The translations under genes and the position numbers were made by a program. From an uncultured Verrucomicrobiota bacterium (GTDB lineage Bacteria > Verrucomicrobiota > Verrucomicrobiia > Palsa-1439), in contig CAZJCX010000006.1 of NCBI GenBank assembly GCA_964544425.1, positions 7,128-33,268 of the forward strand: DNA of 26,141 nucleotides, read 5' to 3'. This document shows, in pieces, positions 20,299 to 26,141 of the stretch. The notes under the pieces are model-generated. The model was given only the letters and a program-made list of their open reading frames with translations. It did no database searches and was not told where the DNA came from. Within the stretch, counting starts at the first letter, position 1. Each line of letters opens with the position of its first letter.

Positions 20299-20957
20299 TG
20301 TTTCTCCTTGTACCGGCACTCAATGACGAAGAACGCCGAGTTCACGGTGCTGCCCGGTGTGGCGCCTTCGGCCGAAACGCGGGCGATCGAGCGCAGTTGA
20401 ATGTCCGTGACGACCGCGCTAAACCGCGCGTCCGTCCGCAACGTCTGCAAAAACTTGTCCACTTCCAACTCCGGCCGGGCCGCCAGCGCCTTGCCATCCA
20501 ATCGCAAGGTCAGGCGTTCCGCGCGTTTCGGGCGGGCTGGCTTGCCGGTCGGATCCTCGTCAGGGTTGGCCTCCACCGCCGTGTTCTCGGTCGCGATGGC
20601 AAAATCGAAGCGCGAAAGCTGAATCGTGGCGGGCACCACATCTTTCAACAACGCCAACTGCGGCGCGCACAACTGCCGCGCGCGGTTGCCGGCCACGATG
20701 TCATCGGCCAGCCGCTTCACAGTCTGAAATTCCCCTTCACCGGCGCCGATGCCTTCCAACTCGTGCCAGCGGGCTTCCAACGCTCGCGCCTCGGCGACCG
20801 CACGGCTGGCCACGATCCCCGTCACCGCTCCCAGCGTCGCGACCGTTGCGGCCACGCCGAGACCCAGCGCCAGGAACAGCTTGACCGGGTCCTGCGCGCG
20901 CTGTTCCTGTGCGTGCTGCTCCTGGGCCAGCAGATTGAGTGTGATTGCTGTCATCAT
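20295..20957 (-). CDS. pilN: PilN-like protein
   Basis: ITLNLL N-terminal PilM-binding-type motif, a TM helix, a coiled coil and a ferredoxin-like C-terminus (LTLRLDGKA...EVDKFLQTL). Follows pilM. Confidence 0.75.
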   Translation of the reverse strand: MMTAITLNLLAQEQHAQEQRAQDPVKLFLALGLGVAATVATLGAVTGIVASRAVAEARALEARWHELEGIGAGEGEFQTVKRLADDIVAGNRARQLCAPQLALLKDVVPATIQLSRFDFAIATENTAVEANPDEDPTGKPARPKRAERLTLRLDGKALAARPELEVDKFLQTLRTDARFSAVVTDIQLRSIARVSAEGATPGSTVNSAFFVIECRYKEKQ

Positions 20958-20964
20958 GATTCCC

Positions 20965-22005
20965 CTACGAAAGCCGCGCCATCACCACGCCGACTGCCGC
21001 CGCCAGCGACGGTCCCAACGCCGTCACCCGCGGCGTCTCGCCATTGAAACCGCTCACATCCAGCGACGTCACCGGATTCCAACACTCGACCTTCATGCCG
21101 ACCGCTTCGCTGAGGAATCCGAGCAGATCCGCCGAAGTGGCCGACCCGCCACAGGCGAAGATCTGCCGGACCCGGTGGTCGTGTTGGCGCTCAAAGAAAT
21201 CAATCGAAGACCGGACTTCACGGGCCAGCGGCGAAATGGCCGAGCGCACCAGCTCTTTGACCGGCTCGGACATCTTCAGCTTTTCCTCCTCGGCCTCGCG
21301 CAGTTCGAGCATCAGAATCTGGCTGATGTATTCGCTGAGCTGCTCGCCACCGAAGTGCATGATGCGGGTGATCAACGGCACCCCGTTCTGGATGAAATTG
21401 ATACTGGTCGTCCGCGCCCCGATGTCCACCAGCACGACCACGTCTTCCGGTGGCAGGGGGTGCGCCATGTGAAGGGAGTTCATCACCGAGACAGCCGCCA
21501 GTTCAATCGCGTCCGGCTTGATCTTCGCCGCCACCAACGCATCCCGGCAGGCGTCCACTTCTTCTTTGTTTGCGCCGCCCACGAGCACTTTGGTTTTGGC
21601 GGTGTCTTTCGACTCGCCGTTTTGCAGCGCGACGGCATCGAGGTAATACGAGGAGAAGTCCCGGCGGAGATACTTGGCGCTGTTGAATTTTAGGGCGTTT
21701 TTGATTTCCGGCAACGGCATCGGCGGAAATTCGGTCTGGCACACCATCGCCGATACGCAGCTGACCGTGACAAAGGCGTGCCGGTCGGAAATCTTGAGCC
21801 CATCCACCAACGCCTGCAGTTCCGTCACCGCATGGGGCTCGCGATATTGCTTGCCGTTGCCCGCCGGCAGAGCCCGCACGGCGTATTCGACCAACTCGAA
21901 TTTGTCGCCATGCCGGCGAACGACCGCCGCCTTGATCTGGCTGTTGCCGAGATCGAGACCGAGCGCGACGTTTTTCTTAACTTGCTTGTTTCGACGAAAG
22001 ATCAT
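20965..22005 (-). CDS. pilM: Type IV pilus assembly protein PilM (actin-like)
   Basis: LGLDLGNSQIKAA, VLVDIGARTTSINF, FGGEQLSEYI, EVRSSIDFF, IFACGGSA and WNP. Start chosen at MIFRR (22005). Confidence 0.9.
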   Translation of the reverse strand: MIFRRNKQVKKNVALGLDLGNSQIKAAVVRRHGDKFELVEYAVRALPAGNGKQYREPHAVTELQALVDGLKISDRHAFVTVSCVSAMVCQTEFPPMPLPEIKNALKFNSAKYLRRDFSSYYLDAVALQNGESKDTAKTKVLVGGANKEEVDACRDALVAAKIKPDAIELAAVSVMNSLHMAHPLPPEDVVVLVDIGARTTSINFIQNGVPLITRIMHFGGEQLSEYISQILMLELREAEEEKLKMSEPVKELVRSAISPLAREVRSSIDFFERQHDHRVRQIFACGGSATSADLLGFLSEAVGMKVECWNPVTSLDVSGFNGETPRVTALGPSLAAAVGVVMARLS

Positions 22006-22029
22006 GCCATCATTTCCCAGAGATGTGAG

Positions 22030-22046
22030 TAGCACGTGATGTGCCG
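22030..22046 (-). promoter_or_regulatory. Putative sigma54 promoter for pilMNOP
   Basis: Minus strand CGGCACATCACGTGCTA (GG-N10-GC, GGCAC core) in the 44-nt gap after pilin 2. Confidence 0.65.
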
Positions 22047-22049
22047 CGG

Positions 22050-22424
22050 CTAATACACTCCCCAGTCCACGTCAATTCCGGTCATCGCGCTCTTCGTGGT
22101 CGTCGAGATCTGCACCTGGTTGGTGCCCACTTTATTAATGATGAAGGGATTGCCGAGTGTATCGGTCGTCGGTACCACGCCGGTCTTGGTGTAGGACGCA
22201 ACTTCCGTCAGGTCCACATCGTCTCCATCAGCTTTGCTTTTCTCCATCGCCCACTCGTCAATCGCCGTATCAATGATCCGCACGTCGTTGAGAATGCGTT
22301 TGGCTTGGGACTGCTTGCGAACTTTGATGAAACTGGGGCTGGCCAGCGCCGCGAGCAGACCAATGATCGCGACGATGATCATGATCTCCAACAGCGTGAA
22401 GCCGGCCCGCTTCAAGTACCTCAT
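22050..22424 (-). CDS. Type IV pilin 2 (major-pilin paralogue)
   Basis: MRYLKRAG|FTLLEIMIIVAIIGLLAALASPSF with a strong SD AAAGGAGG. Confidence 0.92.
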   Translation of the reverse strand: MRYLKRAGFTLLEIMIIVAIIGLLAALASPSFIKVRKQSQAKRILNDVRIIDTAIDEWAMEKSKADGDDVDLTEVASYTKTGVVPTTDTLGNPFIINKVGTNQVQISTTTKSAMTGIDVDWGVY

Positions 22425-22470
22425 CACACAGCCTCCTTTCGTCAGATTGCGGTTGCCATCCCCGTTTGTG

Positions 22471-22499
22471 AAAAAGGCAGGTGGGGTCGCCACCTGCCT
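22471..22499 (-). terminator. Intrinsic terminator between pilin 1 and pilin 2
   Basis: Perfect 10-bp stem AGGCAGGTGG/CCACCTGCCT with a 5-nt loop, followed on the minus strand by a U run (TTTT). Confidence 0.85.
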
Positions 22500-22534
22500 G
22501 AATCACACCGCGCAGTCAGCGCGTGCAGACGGAC

Positions 22535-22915
22535 TTAGTACGTGCCCCAATCAATGCCCACGCCCGTCAGCGCGGTCTTGGTGGTGGTCGCGACCGTAAT
22601 CTGGTTCGTGCCGACGGTGCCGACGGCAAACGTGTTACCCAACAGGTCGGTGGTCTTCCAGCTACCCTTCAGGTAGGTGGCCGCACCGGACGTGCTGACG
22701 GTCGCGCCGTCGCTCTGGCCGGTTTCCAACGCCCACTGGTCAATCGCGGCATCCATCTGACGAACGTCGTTAAGAATGCGGCGACCTTGCGATTGCTTAC
22801 GGGCTTTCACGAAGCCCGGCACGGCGAGCGCCGCGAGCAACCCGATGATGGCCACCACGATCATGATTTCCACCAACGTGAACGCTGCGCGGCTCTGACG
22901 AATCTTGCTGATCAT
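22535..22915 (-). CDS. pilA: Type IV major pilin (PilA-like)
   Basis: MISKIRQSRAA|FTLVEIMIVVAIIGLLAALAVPGF with SD AAAGGGAG. First gene of the locus, with its own promoter and terminator. Confidence 0.88.
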   Translation of the reverse strand: MISKIRQSRAAFTLVEIMIVVAIIGLLAALAVPGFVKARKQSQGRRILNDVRQMDAAIDQWALETGQSDGATVSTSGAATYLKGSWKTTDLLGNTFAVGTVGTNQITVATTTKTALTGVGIDWGTY

Positions 22916-22954
22916 ATCTCGACTCCCTTTCTGGTTATGACGTTATGTATGTTT

Positions 22955-22972
22955 GCAGGTCAAACGACCCGC
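22955..22972 (-). promoter_or_regulatory. 5'-terminal stem-loop of the predicted pilin mRNA
   Basis: Minus-strand GCGGGUC-GUUU-GACCUGC (7 bp with one G-U) begins at the +1 predicted from the sigma54 motif (~22971). Confidence 0.45.
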
Positions 22973-22980
22973 ACCACGTT

Positions 22981-22997
22981 AAGCAGCGCCGATGCCA
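22981..22997 (-). promoter_or_regulatory. Putative sigma54 promoter for pilin 1
   Basis: Minus strand TGGCATCGGCGCTGCTT (TGGCA-, GG-N10-GC). Confidence 0.75.
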
Positions 22998-23084
22998 CCG
23001 CCGCCGCGTGCGGGAGCGACCATGGTGGCTCGCGAAATTGTCCCGCCCGGCTGCCAAATCTGTCCGCGCCCTGACAATTCCCGG

Positions 23085-23100
23085 TGGCATCACCACTGCT
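23085..23100 (+). promoter_or_regulatory. Putative divergent sigma54 promoter for the TMTC-like gene
   Basis: TGGCATCACCACTGCT has the same TGGCATC...CTGCT frame as the pilin promoter. Predicted +1 is ~23111, 3 nt before ATG. Confidence 0.65.
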
Positions 23101-23113
23101 CAATCTTGCGACA

Positions 23114-24784
23114 ATGCGTATCTCACCAGTGCGATCCATCATTTTTGTCATCGCCGCCACGCTGCTGGCTTACGTCAACAGCCTGCCCAACGATTTCGTC
23201 TGGGATGATGAAACACTCATCAAAACCAATTCCCACATCCGCAACTCCACCTACCTCGCCACCGTCTTCACGTCCGACCTCGCGCACCATTCCCACGCCG
23301 GCACCGCCTACTACCGGCCGCTCCAAACCGTCACCTACATGGCGGACTACTATTTCTGGGGGCTGAACCCCACCGGCTATCATCTCACCAATCTCCTGCT
23401 CCACGCCTTCTGCGCCATCCTTGTCTTCTTCACCGTCCGCCACTTCACTGACCAGCCGGTCATCCCGCTGGCTGTCGCGCTGCTCTTTGCCGTCAATCCG
23501 CTCAACTCCAGCGCTGTCACCTACATTGCCGGGCGGGCGGATTCCCTGGCGCTGGCCGGAATGCTCGGCGCATTTCTATTTCATCAACACTACCGGGCCG
23601 CGCCGAACCGATCGGTGCTGTACTTCATGGCCGCCCTCCTCTGCTACGTTGCCGCCCTCCTCAGCCGCGAAAGCGCCATGCTCTTTCCCGCCCTCTTCCT
23701 CGTCGCCGCCGGTCGGCCTTATCGCCGGGTGCTGCCCTTTCTCCTGCTCCTCGGCGCGTTCCTCCTCTGGCGCCACGCCGTGATTCAACTGCTCGACAAA
23801 CCGCTCGTGGCCCCGTGGGATGTCTCCCTCGCGCAACGCCTCGAAATCTTCTGCCGCAGCGTCGCCACTTACCTCGGACTGCTGTTCTGGCCGGTGCATC
23901 TGCAAATGGACCGCAGCGTCGTCCACGCCTCCCACTGGCTCACGGCTGCCGGAATCGCGGGCCTCATCGCCCTCGCGCTCGCCTTCTGGCGCGGCACCAA
24001 GCCGGTGCGCCTCGGTCTCGCCTGGTTCGGCGTGGCGCTCCTGCCCATGACCGGTCTGCTCAACCTCGTCGCCACCGTCGCGGAACACTGGCTTTACGTC
24101 CCCATGATCGGGTTTTACTTCGCCCTCGCCAGCCTCATTCCTTGGCGCAAAACGACCAGCCTCGCCGCGCTGCTCCTCCTCGTCGTGCTGACCGGCCGCA
24201 CCGCTTTGCGCAACCGCGACTGGGCCGATGGGGCGACACTCTTCGCGCGGCAGACCGAATCCGCCACCCACAGCGAACGCGCCTTCACTAACCTCGGCCA
24301 CACCCAATTTGCCGCCGGCGACACCACCAGCGGCCTCGCCACGCTGCGGCGCGCGGAACAACTCAACCCCCGCAGCACCACGGCAAAATTCAATCTCGCC
24401 GTCGTCCACCTCAAACGCGGCGAAAACGATCTGGCCCGGCAAAAACTCGAAGAATGTGCCGCGCTGGATCCGACCGACGAAACGCTCTGGGAACTCGTCG
24501 CCCAAATCCACGACGCCCAAGGCCACGCCGGCCTCGCCACCCGCTACTACCGGACCGCGCTGGCCTGCACCCGCGATGTCGGCCTGCGGCTCCGGTACGC
24601 CCGCTTCCTCGTCCGCCACAGCCGCGCCAAAGAAGCTCTCGCCATTACCGAGGAAAGTCTCTACCTCGAACCCGGCAACGCGGAAGTCTTCTACTTTCTC
24701 GCCGAGATTCTCACCCACATCGGCCACCACGCCCGCGCCGCCGAAGCCCGCCACCTCGCCACGACGCTTGACCGGCATTCGTGA
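23114..24784 (+). CDS. TMTC-like GT-C membrane glycosyltransferase with TPR repeats
   Basis: AYVNSLPNDFVWDDETLI (DD loop), YYRPLQTVTYMADY, GYHLTNLLLH, LFAVNP...VTYIAGRADSL, EHWLYVP, RNRDW and TPRs (FTNLG, FNLAVVHL). Start at MRISP (23114). Confidence 0.82.
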   Translation: MRISPVRSIIFVIAATLLAYVNSLPNDFVWDDETLIKTNSHIRNSTYLATVFTSDLAHHSHAGTAYYRPLQTVTYMADYYFWGLNPTGYHLTNLLLHAFCAILVFFTVRHFTDQPVIPLAVALLFAVNPLNSSAVTYIAGRADSLALAGMLGAFLFHQHYRAAPNRSVLYFMAALLCYVAALLSRESAMLFPALFLVAAGRPYRRVLPFLLLLGAFLLWRHAVIQLLDKPLVAPWDVSLAQRLEIFCRSVATYLGLLFWPVHLQMDRSVVHASHWLTAAGIAGLIALALAFWRGTKPVRLGLAWFGVALLPMTGLLNLVATVAEHWLYVPMIGFYFALASLIPWRKTTSLAALLLLVVLTGRTALRNRDWADGATLFARQTESATHSERAFTNLGHTQFAAGDTTSGLATLRRAEQLNPRSTTAKFNLAVVHLKRGENDLARQKLEECAALDPTDETLWELVAQIHDAQGHAGLATRYYRTALACTRDVGLRLRYARFLVRHSRAKEALAITEESLYLEPGNAEVFYFLAEILTHIGHHARAAEARHLATTLDRHS

Positions 24785-24842
24785 CCAGCACTCTTCGCCC
24801 GCAGTGCGGACGCCATGCCGCCCCCCCCGCTACACCAGTGAC

Positions 24843-24900
24843 GGTGGTGTGAGCGTCCCCGCGAGCGGGTGACCGGTCTCGCGGGGATGCTCGGTCAACC
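24843..24900. repeat. Palindromic REP/REPIN-like element (second family)
   Basis: Arms GAGCGTCCCCGCGAG (24851-24865) and CTCGCGGGGATGCTC (24878-24892) are 14/15 complementary, with outer ends GGT...ACC. Related to 11471-11514. Confidence 0.6.
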
Positions 24901-24922
24901 TCCGTCGCACAACCGGCCAAGC

Positions 24923-24954
24923 AAAACAGCCGGGAGGCAGTGCCTCCCGGCTGT
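24923..24954 (-). terminator. Intrinsic terminator of the second sigma54 regulator
   Basis: Perfect 13-bp stem ACAGCCGGGAGGC/GCCTCCCGGCTGT with a 3-nt loop and a short U run on the minus strand, 17 nt after the stop. Confidence 0.75.
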
Positions 24955-24971
24955 GATGTCGCTTACGATGA

Positions 24972-26141
<1,170 letters not shown>

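Noticed and set aside
22445-22466. Possible sigma54 motif before pilin 2
   Set aside because: TGGCAACC has no GC at the correct spacing. The alternative GG-N10-GC register lacks the flanking consensus.
22050-22535. Pilin 2 as a silent antigenic-variation cassette (pilS-like)
   Set aside because: It has a full class III leader and a strong SD, and the nucleotide similarity to pilin 1 appears too patchy for gene-conversion cassettes.
24821-24828. C8 homopolymer as a phase-variation tract
   Set aside because: Intergenic between convergent genes, not in a promoter or reading frame.

Overview
GC-rich bacterial chromosomal fragment, most likely Verrucomicrobiota or a related PVC lineage. This is inferred from the PEP-CTERM protein style, TMTC-like TPR membrane proteins and pilin sequences; no database was consulted. 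The left third is housekeeping and envelope genes: a 5'-truncated PEP-CTERM surface protein, aconitase A, a TMTC-like GT-C/TPR protein, an orphan ABC ATPase, GAPDH, a Met-rich LolA-like protein, GmhA, an RNAP alpha-CTD/sigma-region-4/winged-helix fusion, an LptF/G permease and a sigma54 response regulator. From 12986 to 22915 is a minus-strand type IV pilus locus with two tandem major-type pilins, pilMNOP-like genes, a secretin and two complete paralogous PilV/PilW/PilX-like triplets whose PilX members carry large repeat domains. The locus has four sigma54-type GG-N10-GC motifs placed in its intergenic gaps, and a fifth points divergently into a second TMTC-like glycosyltransferase. Sigma54 enhancer-binding regulators lie at both ends. 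The best candidate for an undescribed system is a sigma54-controlled pilus with interchangeable tip modules and a co-regulated pilin O-glycosyltransferase. Also notable are the alpha-CTD/sigma4 fusion and a REPIN-like element that supplies the stop codons of both flanking genes. Three genes (acnA, lptF/G, pilO) are split by single frameshifts that look like sequencing errors. No tRNA, rRNA, CRISPR array or transposase was seen.
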